A DNA stretch of 64,000 nt from Octopus vulgaris (Eukaryota): positions 12,772,001 through 12,836,000 of the forward strand of contig OX597815.1 of the NCBI GenBank assembly GCA_951406725.2, read 5' to 3'. Numbering within the stretch: the first letter of the stretch is position 1; each line of letters opens with the position of its first letter. Positions 24,660 through 38,072 of this stretch are shown here, one piece after another. Both the position numbers and the translations under genes were made by a program. Under the pieces are notes generated by a model, which made no database searches, was not told the origin of the DNA, and saw only the letters and a program-made list of their open reading frames with translations.

Positions 24660-27530
24660 AAACATTTCACAGTATACAATATCATGAGGTTGTTGATTGA
24701 AGATATTGTGTCTACCGAGGGTTCGTACTATTTGTCAAGTCACAAGGACCTTAGACAGACATTAATTTATTTTCAATATGCGTGCAGTTCTAAGTAATGC
24801 CGAATTTTGAAATACATCTAGATTCTAGGGTATTTTTAAAGTTTGCAGATTTTTTTTCCAGATAGGGTTAATTGAACCCAATGCTCCGATAACAAAAGCC
24901 ATAACATTTACACTTGATTCTCGTAGCTGCCATATTTTGGCGATCTCAATTCTCAGGTCTCCATATTTATCAATCATTTCTCTTTCTTTCGTGATGATAT
25001 GTTGATCTCCGAACACTACCACGTCAATTATTAAACACATATGTTAGTCCCTCCTAAAGGTTACTATATCCGGCCTTCTTGCCTTCCACTTTTCGCCCAT
25101 TGCTTTTCCGGTGTATGTTGGTACCAAGCACCCATAACTTCATATCCATAGTTACAGCATAGAAGCCAGTGGAGGTTTTGGGTTACCTTGTCGTGTCTGC
25201 GCGTGTAATGTTTCTGCGCAAGACTTTCACAAGTACTAACAACGTGAGTCACACTTTCTACCTTCTTTCCACGCATTCTGCACTTGTGAGCTATATATTA
25301 TTTTTCATTGAGTTGGCATTCAATGCCTGGTCTGGGAAGTGATGATTAGACTTTCTGTATTCTTTTTCAGGTTACCGTTGTTGAGTCACCTACATGATGC
25401 TTCTTGGTCTTTTAATTTGTTGGTTTCACAGTGGAGCTGTCCCTGTAATTCCATACGGAGTGGGGTTTCGTCTCTCTCGTTGGCGTTTCTTGATCGGAAT
25501 TCAGGAGCACTCTCAAGCCAATTTTTGTTAAATCCTTCTGTACTAGCTGAAAACTCTAGAATTTCTTGTCTACTTTTTACCAAATATTCTATCATGTTTC
25601 TTCTTTGCATTTTTGATGCACTCCCGTACGCTAATTCACACTTTTCCCCCACTTTAAAGTAATCACCACACTTTTCGAGATACCGAATTGCATCTCTATA
25701 TTTTTGATGCACATTTGCACAGTCTCAAACAGCCTCTGCATTTCAGGCTCTGATTTTGCAAACAGTTTTAAATCATCCATAAAGAGAAGGTGGTTGAGAC
25801 GATGTTCATTTTCTCTCAGCTCATAGTGAACGTTGATTTTGCGTAGGACTACAGAAAATAACAGACATGAGCAAGATCCTCCTTGGAAGAGAGCTCTTTT
25901 GATTGTTACCTCGGCAAAGTGCTAGTTGTTACAGGAGAGACGTGTTTTCCAACCAGACATGCTGTTCTAAAACAGTGCATACATGTTCTCAGCTATTCCA
26001 AACTTGTCTTTTGTTTCCAAAGTCCACTAGAGCGGCAATATGTCGTAAGCCAGGCCATGCATCAGTTTTTTTGGAAGCGTTTACAGTTCTTCATTATAAC
26101 CTTGTATATCACAAGGTCGTACTCAGTGCCCTTGGATCTTTTTCGGCAACACTTTTGTTTTACCGGCAGTATATTGTTTCCCGGTAGGAACGTATACCTT
26201 TTCCCTGCGAGGGAAGCCGTTAATAATTTCCATAGGAGGTTAAGACAAGCAATGGGTCGGTAATTGCCAACCCCAATGCCCCCTGACCGACCTTTCAGTA
26301 ACAATGTTGTTCTACCCGCTATCATTCACTCCAAAACTTCACTGCTATGTAGGCATGTCTAATTTCTACTTGAGCCAGTAGCCTTGAATTCCGTCTGATC
26401 CAGCCACTTTTCAGTTTGACAGTTTCCATACCTGTGCAATGAATTCTTCCGTTACTATACACACATGATGCTGTCGTGGAGCCTCCGGATGATGGAGTTC
26501 TGATCACACAGAATGAATCCACTCAGCACCGTGTTTTTGGGAAACCTCTTGCCCCCCAGTTGTTATTTCAAATTTGGCAGGTTTCTCCTGCTTCAGGAGG
26601 TGTATTATCTTCTATGTTTCCTCGTAGCTCCTTAAAAATATGCTTCTGGTTATTTGTGTATAACTGAGATATACGATCAGTGTAGTGCTGCACCTTTAAC
26701 GTTTTAGCCCGTACTTGTTGTTTTAGGATTTCGGGGACAATTTTGAAACATTTCTTTTCTATTTGCTACTTCGCATCAAGATGTGCCCTTGCATTTTCGT
26801 TTCCATATTCCATTGCCCTTTGGACCACTCCTCTATGCATCTCAGATCTTTAACCAGGGTTAAAATATCACATTTAATTATCCCCTTCCACCATGGCTCC
26901 TTGAGTACCTTTACTTTCCATTCTTTGTTTCCTACCAGTTCAGCTACTAAAATTGAAGTCCCCTGTTTCCGCTAGATCTTTTGTCAGAATGTATTTTAGA
27001 ATCTCATCAACTTTTGAGTCGCGCATTTCACAATGATACAGTCGAAGCTTCTTAGATTAATGGACTTGGTGTCTTTTCCTGTAATTATTGTATCCTCGAG
27101 TCTTTTCTTGAGGTATCTGTGTTCTTCAGTCATATCCTCTCCTATTTCAGTGCTTTCTACATTATATTAATTGGCCGACCTCTCCTCGCTACAATTTCAC
27201 CTTGGCTATGCATTCGCTGATATTCAGCTGCTTTAATCTCCTCGAGGTTCACACCACTACAGAAGCTTTTACTGATTGTCTGAATCCGGATCTCATTAAG
27301 AAAGCCTCTATTTAGAATTATTCTTATCTGATTCCTAAGTCTATTTCCAGTAATCTGGAATATACTCAGCTGCCTCCAAAATTCTACTTTTTCCAACAGC
27401 TTTGCGTTTGCCATTGTTATTATCGAGTAAGGCCTTTCCATGGCACTGGACCGCCTTTTGGTTCATATCAACAGACCGCTTCCGTTTGCGAGCTAGTTGC
27501 ATATTTTGACCATTACAAAGACTGTCTTGT
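24660..27530 (-). mobile_element. Decayed R4/Dong-like non-LTR retrotransposon inserted in (TAA)n
   Basis: N-terminal W...FQIT.NRL.NQIR.I...GFL; RT motifs GRTTLLLK..NYRPIACLNLLWKLLT and LNHLLFMDDLKLFA; CCHC region ESVTHVVSTCESLAQKHYTRRHDKV; RLE region CLIIDV...EMIDKY.DL..EI..IW and IGALG. (TAA)n on both sides; many stops and deletions. Confidence 0.9.
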
Positions 27531-27532
27531 AA

Positions 27533-27598
<66 letters not shown>

Positions 27599-27599
<1 letters not shown>

Positions 27600-28146
27600 G
27601 AGTGAGAGAGCAGTGCATGCCATCAAAGAGACACTGGGGTAAATTATACGAAGCCCAGTATACCCATCATGACTATCCGTCTGATAAGGGTACACCAGGC
27701 ACATGCATCACAACCATATGTGCGCAACATGGTGATCTTATATGAAGATAAACAGCACATAACCTTGCAGGTGGGGTCCAGTTAGAATTTTCTTCTGGTC
27801 GAGTAACCCATCCCGCTCAAAAGGTCCTTGAATAAGGGTTGCTTACGGATATTGAATGAAACACCTATGTTTCCAGAGGTGAATTATTCAAACCCCAAAG
27901 AATCCCCCTCAACACATGGCTATGATGCTCCCCCACTACTTCCGCTCGTGATCAGAGATGCACATATTGTCAGCCACTAAGGGACATGCTCAACTGGTTA
28001 AGGTCAAACAACTGACAAGCAAATCTGTGGTATTGAGCAGAATATTTGCTGTAGCCCATCTTTTATACCAAACAAAACAATGAACATGATAACACTGCCA
28101 ATCACTTAAGATCAGAAGCCATGAGAACCACTGCCTGGTATTGCAT
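27599..28146 (-). mobile_element. Probable non-coding retroposon of about 550 bp nested in (TAA)n
   Basis: GC-richer unique block bounded by (TAA)n tracts on both sides, with TGCATATTATTATTATT duplicated at the right edge. Family and strand are inferred. Confidence 0.5.
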
Positions 28147-28769
28147 ATTATTATTATTATTGCATATTATTATTATTTCCCAGAACCCTGGGAAACGCCA
28201 GATTTGAATGAGATTGGAACAGAAAGGAGGACCGCCAATACATGCAGGTATGGTACGATCTGAAGGAAAGCTGCTGACTCAGGAGATAAGACGTGTTCAC
28301 AGTTTTGCATGTCGGAAGAGACAACAGAATTGTTGCCGCCTAGAGCAGTGACATAACAGTGATCATTACAGTGAAAAGAGGAGAAAGAAACACAGAGAGA
28401 ATTAAATAAGTTGGTGGAAAACGTTGAAGATGTTGTATGGGAGAGCAATATAGGGACGTTTCACTGAGTGCGATAAGTTTACTTTCTTTGGAATGGAACA
28501 CGCTAATGTATATTTTTACACGTATCGTGTTAGGCAATTCTGGAGTGGGAGAGATTTTTAAACAATGTGGTGTAAAGGAAGAAGATCTGCCTGTAATGTT
28601 TAAATATAAAGGTGAATTTTCAAAACTAGAGATTTTGATTTTTAGAAACAGCTGCAGATATCTCCAATGTAAATCTTTTTTGTAAGTGTTGTGGAGCGTA
28701 TAGGGATGAAGGAGAGGATTTGGTGGGACTTAGCCAAGGGTACTCAGTGTTGAGCTGATGTAAAACGGA

Positions 28770-29047
28770 GTGTAAAGCGGACAGCGGAGTGTAAAGCGGG
28801 CAGAGAGGTGTAAAGCGGACAGCGAAGTGTAAAGCAGACAGCGAAGTGTAAAGCAGACAGCGGAGTGTAAAATGGACAGCGGAGTGTAAAGCGGACAGAG
28901 AAGTGTAAAGCGGACGGCGGAGTGTAAAATGGGACGGCGGAGTGTAAAATGGACAGAGAAGTGTAAAGCGGACAGTGTAGTGTAAAGCGGACAGCGAGGT
29001 GTAAAGCGGAGAGTTGAGTGTAAAGCGGACAGCGGAGTGTAAAGTGG
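28770..29047. repeat. 19-bp minisatellite GTGTAAAGCGGACAGCGGA, about 14-15 copies
   Basis: Directly visible tandem units without unique spacers. Confidence 0.95.
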
Positions 29048-32000
29048 GCATTGAAAGGTGAGAACATTCTGCGTGGGGGTACGGAGGAAAGACGACTCTA
29101 GAAGGTTGATTGAGAACCTTTTAGAAAACTAAAAAATGATCGACAGGGAAAAGATAACGGATCGACACCTGACTATCTGGGTAATACAATGTGAAGGTGG
29201 AGACCACACAGACACACACACACACACACACATACATATTGCATTTAGTTACAATTTGTATCCTTTTATTGAAAATACTAGTGTTTTTATTTTCTAAATT
29301 TAAACATCATTGAAGGTATACCAAGGTAAGGTTTCTGTTCTCCATATATGATTTTTAATAATATATACCTATCACAAACTTTTCATAACCGTTGGTTGTG
29401 CATAGTTCATTTTAGATCAGTTTGCCCGAAGCACTCATGGAAATTGTTTAGCTCATATATACTGCTGTCAGATTATAATTCTTTCTACATACAACGTAAA
29501 ATCACTCCCTGAAGACACAACAGATATTTGAACTAAAGAAAAAAAAACAAAACAAATAACTGTGTTGCAGTAAATCAGTTTTGCGTTTTGGTGAAACTAG
29601 AGAGAGACTGAGTAAAAATCACGAACCAATGAGCACCAACACAAGTAGAAGTGGTGAGTGACCAGATAGGAAAGAGAAAATATTACTAGAATGATAACGT
29701 AATTCGTGGAAATATAAAATGTGTCTCCATGAACTAATCCAAAATTTACGTAAGAAGGAATTTAATAATATTGGAAGACAAATACTGGTTGCTGTACTGG
29801 TTTAATGAGTAGATACGAGTGAGTCGAAAGAAACATAATAATATTGCACAAAACAGCCATAACAACTCGATTTGACCGCAGATGCGTTGGTAAACCTGAG
29901 CAGGTATATTCAGTATGTTGGCAGAGAGAGAAGGCTAGACCAGTACTTCACTGGTTATCATTTCATTGATACTTTCCTGAAAGATAAAACATATAGCTTG
30001 GTCCAAGATTTGAACAAAAACTATATGACAATGGACCCAATATTTTAAGCACTTATTCATGCTCCATCACAACAGTGAAATAGCGTGTTAATATTCACAG
30101 TGTGCATGGAGTTCTGAAGCGTAAAATAACCAATGTAATATTAACAAGATCGAATTAGCGCTTTTTCTTTTCCATTTTATCGAATAAATGCATTTCGATG
30201 CAACGAACTACACAGAAATTTGTAGTATAAGTGTATATATGTATATAGCATTCACATAACAATCGACATCATAATTTTAACCTTACACAATTGCTTTTAC
30301 AAGTCTTCATTTATTTCTGTTAATGCTTTTCATGTTGTATGATTGTTAAATGAACCGAATTTGTGATCTATTGAAGTACATTGAATAGCATTTTGCTTGT
30401 GCCTATATTCAAGTGTACAAGTAGTTTATGATTGATATTTTCTTCCTTATTTCCCCAGTTAAATTGTTATTAGTGTCATATTATTTACTTCGTCACGTAT
30501 ATATTTAGAATGTTCTATATATCCTTATATTCTACTGTGATTTATTTATTTACGGTTGCGTTCATATATTTTTTAATTCACTGCATTTATCTTCGAAATC
30601 ACAACTATCATTGCCCTTCACTCTCGTTTTTGTCATTCAAACGCGATAGTTTGGTTGTCATGTTTATTATTATATTACACCATTCTTTGAATTCATTTGA
30701 CATGATATGATTAGCAGCATCAACTCTTTGAATCTTATTTCTATAAGCCATCTGATAAATGTTACCCAATGAAACGAACCTGTCCTATTGTTACAATACA
30801 ATTACATAGCGGTATTGTCACTAACATTCATATATACATACACCGTCGTATAAGCTTTCATTTCTTTATTAATATGTTTTTGATATTCATTAGGCAGTAT
30901 CTTATGTAATCGTATATCCTCATAACTCATGGAAGATGGGATTCAATATAAGTCAAATTATAGAAATAAAACCTTGGCATCACATCTCACAGTGTGATGA
31001 AATTATGCTCCATAGATTTGACATATCAAACCTACAATAATATGTCCAGTTACAGTGAGCAAGAATATCAGTGACAATGTCAGGCTTATGACGAGGACAT
31101 AAAACATTTCTCGTAAAATACACTTTTTATATATGACGAAATTAAAGGCAAATACATCATTATGAGTGCGTTCCTGTATGTGTGCGTGGGCTTGCACGCG
31201 CATGCTATTATTGTAGCTTTAAAAGCTTTTCTAAAAGGGTGTATAATGATAACTTATGTTATTTCATTCTGCCACATATCACTTATCTAAAAACAGCAAT
31301 ATAAGTAAAAAGTGAATCATGACAGTAATTTAATATGGAAATAAGTAAGGGTTCCTGGGGAATAGATTGAACACGTTAATCTGGTTGCAGATCAGTTCAA
31401 TATTTGTTGGATATTGTTCATTCTGAGCACCTATCTATGATAGCATAACTGACGTAACACACAATGAGGTGAAATAAAAACAGCCGAAATAAACATGTTT
31501 TTTTTTTTATAGTGTAACTCACAAATAGTGATAGATGCATCGCATGAGCCTAGGAGATGCTAGAATGTCATTTTGAGTTAATCAACTGACCTTTATACAT
31601 ATGACGTTAACGGTTTTTAAAACCACTCGGATTCAGCATTCGTTATGAAACCTCATGTTGTCGTAGTCAACTAGTCGTATACTCTCTATCATAGTTGTTG
31701 TTTTCCTTGTGGATTTACAAGTTGAAAGTTATGCAACTGTTGTTTTACTCTCGAGAAACCCGCGGAACTCATACGCGAGAAGATCTGGTTTGCTGTACCT
31801 ACAGTATGAGGAAATTGACGTTTTTCATTATTTAGTGTGCGGTTAGAAGTGCTAGATATTTTCGGTTGTTAACAGTTTACTCTGTTCAGGTGAAATAAGA
31901 AGTAATCAGAATTTAGTTATTAAAATATTTATAGAACGTTAAGCAAAGTACAAAACCATTTATAATTTAAAAGAAATTTCATTCATATGCATTGTATGAA

Positions 32001-32999
32001 TGCTTATTATGTTAGAACTTACATCCGTTGAGCAATCGTTTAAATACGTTACCATCTTATTGTGGTGTGTAATATATATTGGAGTGTGGTTAGAAACTTT
32101 AGGTATGCACGCTATATGCAAAACAAAGATACGGCTTTCCCATTATATAATTGTGCATATAGCTATCAAATATACAATCTGTATAGATAAAGCCATTTCT
32201 GAAATTGCAAAAACGATCTCGAAAGTAGATCTTGAAAGAGTGAAGAATGTGTTAAACATGCGTGACACGTGCGTTGCTAAATTATCAGAAATGTGATATT
32301 TACTGCATGGAGTTTTATGGCTTCAGCGAATATAGATCTGATGAGAAGGAAGAATAAAACCAAGAAGTTATTGGAAAAATCATAAATAATAATGCAAATT
32401 AACCATGCTCTACATACCGCGGGAAATTTCCGAATAGATTACGTAGGTAAGCGACATATTAGATAAAGTGTATCCCTGGCACGATAACAAATTCATAATG
32501 TGTATTAAAGCCATGTCTATAAGTAAATTAGCTAATATGTATAGTGAGACTAAGTTGTAGATTAAGATAGTACAGAAAACTAGTCAATATATAAGATTTA
32601 TCAGTAGTAAGCTGTACCCGTGTGCTGGAGAAGTGTATGAATGACAGCGGAACTTGAGAAAGCAATGCATATTACAATTGCAAAGTTAGGAACTTAGTCT
32701 ACTGTATAAAGTGTCTAAAGAAGCGATGTAAATAACTTGGCATAGCATATGGTATCATAATAATATATAATACATAATTATGCCAAACCTGCAGCAAAGT
32801 ACAAACTTAAAACCTGAGATACCAATGAAGCCTTTACATTGATGTTCAACCGAAAAGAAATAGCAGCCATAATAGAGTCTTCTCCTGCATCTTTGAAAAG
32901 AAAGGGCGATAGTAGTTTAATCCTAAATACGTGCTGGTATCCAGGAACCCAGCAGTATTGTAATGGTTGGAACACTTTTGATTAGAGGTCTGCTTCACC

Positions 33000-33333
33000 A
33001 TGGTTGACCTTGGAGGGGCTAAATAACAGGGTTTGTATGGAAGTAATTAACGCAGTTGATCTGGAGCTAATTGGCAGTGTTGATATCATTCTAATTGAAA
33101 CTAGCCAATTAAAATGCAACTTCTGAAACTAATTAAGTGGATAAATATGAAGTTTGCTAACAGAATAGATGTCGAGGTAATAAACATGAGTAATACGAAC
33201 ATATCTAACAGTGCAGGTGTGGAGCTAATTGGCAGTGTCGATTAGAGAGTTAATTACTAAGGTAGACATAACACTAGTAATTAAGATTGATCTTAAATTA
33301 ATTATGAGGGTTGATAAAGATCTAATTAACAGC
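33000..33333. repeat. Highly diverged 24-bp tandem array (consensus near AGGGTTGATMTGGAGCTAATTAAC)
   Basis: Example units: AGGGTTTGTATGGAAGTAATTAAC, GCAGTTGATCTGGAGCTAATTGGC, AGAATAGATGTCGAGGTAATAAAC, AGGGTTGATAAAGATCTAATTAAC. Confidence 0.7.
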
Positions 33334-34689
33334 AACAAAGAGTACACTGTATATCGAAAATAAACAGACCTCGTGAGCCAAGGCTAAAAGATCTTCGTTA
33401 ACATGTACAGTCGGTGAAATTCTGCATCTTCCTCTGTTACAACAATCTCACACGATGTTCTGATTATTTAATAATTTTCTCCAAATACGTCCATATAATT
33501 AGTCCCAAACCAATTGATGGCTTGTCGTTCTAAACCAAGTTTGACATTAACCTAGATTTGTTTACTGATGTAGTTCAAATCTAACTGATGGGCAAGGTTT
33601 TGTTTATTAAATTAGGTGAAGCACATCCAATGTTCAGCCCTTTTTATATTTGGTATAAATCAACCAAATAGCGTGGTTTTCTTTATCAAGTTTATCCATG
33701 TCTACTACAAGATCCTGTCTTTCTGTAATGTCTTAATCCACTTCATTTTAATTGTCCGGTAACTGTTTACCAATAAATATTCCAAATTCTTAGAAAGCCG
33801 AGATATTTCCTTAATCCATTGGTTCAATTCCATCTGCTAGACAAGTCTTTGCTTACAATCTAATTATAATTCTAGATGATGGGCTGGTGTTCATTAAAAA
33901 TCATAGTTTCAACCTCTCCATACTGACAGAGTGATATTTGTTTAGTTTCAAACTCAAAGCCTATCAGGACAGTAGGTTTTGCAGTATAATTTTAGTCGAA
34001 GATAAATTGTGGATCCTATATTCGAATAGTATTTTGTTTCACACCGCCGATACTTTGACCCATAATTCCCTCTGACACGACCCATCAGACACGATCTTAA
34101 AATCTCCATTCCTAAAAGTACGAACAGCCTCACCGTTTGCGATGTTACTATCACTGCGGCTGCCGTTTAACTTGAAGTTGTTCACATGCAGAACTCCTGG
34201 AACAACATCAGTGGTCGATCTATTTCTTCTAAAGGTTCTTAGTTCAAATGCCGTCTGTATCCTTATATCCTTTCGGTTAAATAAAATAAGCTCCGGGTGA
34301 GAACTAGAGTCGATTACAACAACTCATACCTTTCCTTCCCCGAAATTGCTAACCTTGGGTTCAAATTCGATACCAGTTTTAAATAATGCCCCAGGAAGGT
34401 TGGTGAGATGAATACAGATTTGTAAATGAAGAATACAAAATTGAAATTCCACTGTTGTATGAAATACGGAAGTGCGTTGGTAATCGATGAAGAGAAAACA
34501 CTCTTTAAATGGAATGGCCATTTCCAGAATGAACTTGGGTCAATATTTTTCCGAATAATTTGAATCTAAGGATAAGAAATACCAAGATGGTGGAAATGGG
34601 CACAGTTGCATAAGGGAAATCATAAATGCATTTACTCAGTGCAGGAACTTAAGGGTAAATGAATATAGATACAGTAAATGAACATAAAG

Positions 34690-35032
34690 TCAGAGAGAGA
34701 TAGGGGGGGACAGACAGAGACAGGGAGTAGCAGCGAGAGTGAGGGACAGAGAGAGAGAGAAAGTGGCACATAGTGAGAGAGAGAGGGACAGAGAGGGACA
34801 GAGAGTGGCAGAGAGAGGGACAGAGAGGGACAGAGAGTAGCAGCGAGAGGGGGACAGAGAGAGAGAGAGAAAGTGGCAAAGAGAGAGATAGAGGGACAGA
34901 GAGTGGCAGAGAGATGGATGGGCGACAAACAGAGACAGACAGTGTCAGAGAGAGAGAGAGAGAGAGAGAGGGGGACAGAGAGGGACAGAGAGTGGCAGAG
35001 AGAGGGATGGGCGACAAACAGAGACAGACAGT

Positions 35033-35068
<36 letters not shown>

Positions 35069-35185
35069 CAGAGAGGGACAGAGAGTAGCAGCGAGAGAGG
35101 GGCAGAGTTAGAGAGACAGAGAAAAAGTGGCAGAGAGAGAGAGACAGAGAGAAAGTGGCAGAGAGAGAGAGAGAGGGAGAGAGAT
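34690..35185. repeat. Purine-rich (GA)n-derived compound repeat
   Basis: GAGAGGGACA, GAGAGTGGCA and (GA)n units. Confidence 0.92.
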
Positions 35186-36575
35186 AGTTTTGATGAAATG
35201 CCCGCAATGAGTGGGATTTGATGAAGATATACAGATTATTAATCAGCATTCCGTCTCTCTGGTGCAGAGTAATAGCAAACGGATGAGAGGAGCAAACACA
35301 TTTTTTGTAGCATTCGAAAGGTAAGAGAGTACGTGATGAAGAAAATTCTAGGATAATTCATGTGCAAATCGACAGCTTTATACTGCATAACCGAAGAATG
35401 ATCCAATAGCGTTAATACTCTTTTGTACAACAATATTAGAGCTTTTAGAATCTTACTCGTTCAAAGACGGACGTGGTAGTCGTTAGAAACAATTTTATTA
35501 ATATCTTATACGTCAAAATTTTATGAGAAGTCGAAAACAATTTAATAACTTGTTTTGGCAGTAAGTTTGACAGAGCATATTGAAGATAAAATACAAAGCT
35601 GTTTCAAATTATGTGTAATACTTGTAGTCGGTCGTATTTTAAAATTATCTTTTCGCTGCTTTATGTCAGGCTGTGGTCATTGTGTACGGATGCAGTTTGG
35701 ATCTCTTATCTATGGATAACACCTGTGGGGATAGTGAGGATGTGTCTGCTCTACAATGCTATGTTTATTTTTCAGAAAATGTTTATGTAATTTCCAGAAA
35801 TAGAGTAAAAGAAACACAAACGAGAGGACAAATAAGTAATAGATGCTGTGTGCTGCGCAAAGTTTTGGAAGAACAATTTATTAGTGGGTATTCTAATACG
35901 AAATTGATAATCTAAAATTTGGGTAACACCTCTAATTGATTTTTATAAGAGACATTAAAAGGTTTTGCTTTCTGTTAATGAATAAGCATCGCATTCTAAG
36001 AATTTATGATCAAGCGATTATCCCCTCCATCGAGGATTACATGTTGGGTCCACATGTGAACATTCAGAAGAATGTAAAACGATGCCAATTACATCTCTGC
36101 ATATTGTTGATCTTTTCTTTTACACTTAGATGGATAAATAATAACTGAGAAGTTATCTATATTTGTAAAGTATCATTTATCCAGAGAAACTGTACGTATG
36201 AGGTTCAGATGAATAGTTAAAGGTGTAATCTATGGTTGACTAATGTAAAGTTTCAAGATTATCGCACAGTTTGTTGTGACCAGATTTTCCATTGTACGCA
36301 ACTTTCCAAAATAATGTTCAACAGGTGTGTAGAAACAAGTCATTTACTATTACGTTTATTATATTCCAGTTATCAGTAACTGAATATTAATTAAACAACG
36401 ATTTCAAATCTTTCACTCAGGTACATCTTCAAATTCAAGACAGGTGAGACATAATATTTTCTTTCATACTAAAGCTACTCCAGTGCTTCATCCGATGGAA
36501 TTCTCAGATTAAGATAAATAGTGCTAAGTATTTTTATTCTCACCTAATATATATATGTATGTGTATGTGTTTGTG

Positions 36576-36646
<71 letters not shown>

Positions 36647-36678
36647 TTATACGCACACATACATGCATCAATACATAC

Positions 36679-36718
<40 letters not shown>

Positions 36719-36847
36719 ATACACACATATATATATATGTATGTATATATGCATACAGGAGGCTCTTAGTAATAACAGTGTAGCACAAAATGGCGGTGCA
36801 TCACCATAGTCGCAGCTCTGAGCTGAAACTAAATATATATATATACA

Positions 36848-36949
<102 letters not shown>

Positions 36950-36964
36950 CATGTATGTATATAT

Positions 36965-37810
36965 TTAGGTTGCATTGAGGAAAGTGTCACCCTTTTATAT
37001 TATTAATTTTGGTAATTCACATTGCTGGTTTTAAAAAATTGTTCTCGACTACACAGCATAGTAGGGTCAGTTGGGTGGAGTTTGTGAGAAGAACAGCACC
37101 TTGAGGCTGTTAACACTGTCAGAAATTTGGAAGCGACATGGTGTACTGCCTGGCATTCGCGCCGGAAGCTGCAATACGAACATTGCTGAGAGTTTGGGTG
37201 TCAATTTGAGAACTTGTACCAAGAGTGATAAAAATCAAAGATGCAGCCAATATCATGGTCTTTGCAGTGACCACTAGTGATGGCGATGTTATGCCTCGAT
37301 TCATCTTCCCACACAGCCTCAGACTTAACTCGAAAGCCTACACCAAGTGTCTGGAGGAGGTACTGCTGCCCTGTGTGAAGACACAATGTCTGGATACAGG
37401 ATTCTGCACCATGGAGCAGAAGCAGGAGACCCAGTTCACCGCTTTCAGGCCGTTACTCCGACCACTCCACTCCTGAAATCTGGCCACCTAACTCCCCAGA
37501 CTGCAAACACCTTGATTAGTAAGTGTGGTGCGCAGTTGAGCAGGAGACCAAAAGAAGTGCTTGTAACACCAAAGATGAACTGAAGGCAAGGATTATAGCA
37601 ACGTTCAGCAAGTTAAACAGGGTGAGCGTCTAGAGCAGTTGCCGGGGATTCCAAAGTCGACTGGAGATACCGAGTAAACTGAAGACAACGGTGATTTTAT
37701 TTCAACATATTTTTATGTAAATTTGGTAAATATAGCTGTTAAAATGGGATGTCAGTACTATTTTCAATTTTGCGTATATTAGACGATAGCTTATTCACTT
37801 CACATTGCAT
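36965..37810 (+). mobile_element. Internally deleted Tc1/mariner-superfamily DNA transposon
   Basis: Transposase remnants IMVFAVTTSDGDVMP.FIFP..LRLN..AY.K.LEEV.LP and WPPNSPD; degenerate TIRs; sits in TA repeats. Confidence 0.8.
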
Positions 37811-37873
37811 ATATATGTATGCGTACATATGTCTGTATAGTTAATCACATATATGTACAAATATTTATATATA

Positions 37874-37926
<53 letters not shown>

Positions 37927-37956
37927 ATGTGTGCGTGTGTGTATGTATAGGCGTAC

Positions 37957-38009
<53 letters not shown>

Positions 38010-38072
38010 ATATATATATGAATATATACTTATATGTATATAATATATATATATGTGTGTGTGTGTATAAAA

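Noticed and set aside
24199-24687. Poly-F/L/I/K/R ORFs
   Set aside because: These are triplet microsatellite translations.
28626-29067. ORFs over the 19-bp array, or a CRISPR array
   Set aside because: Pure minisatellite with no spacers and no protein-like features.
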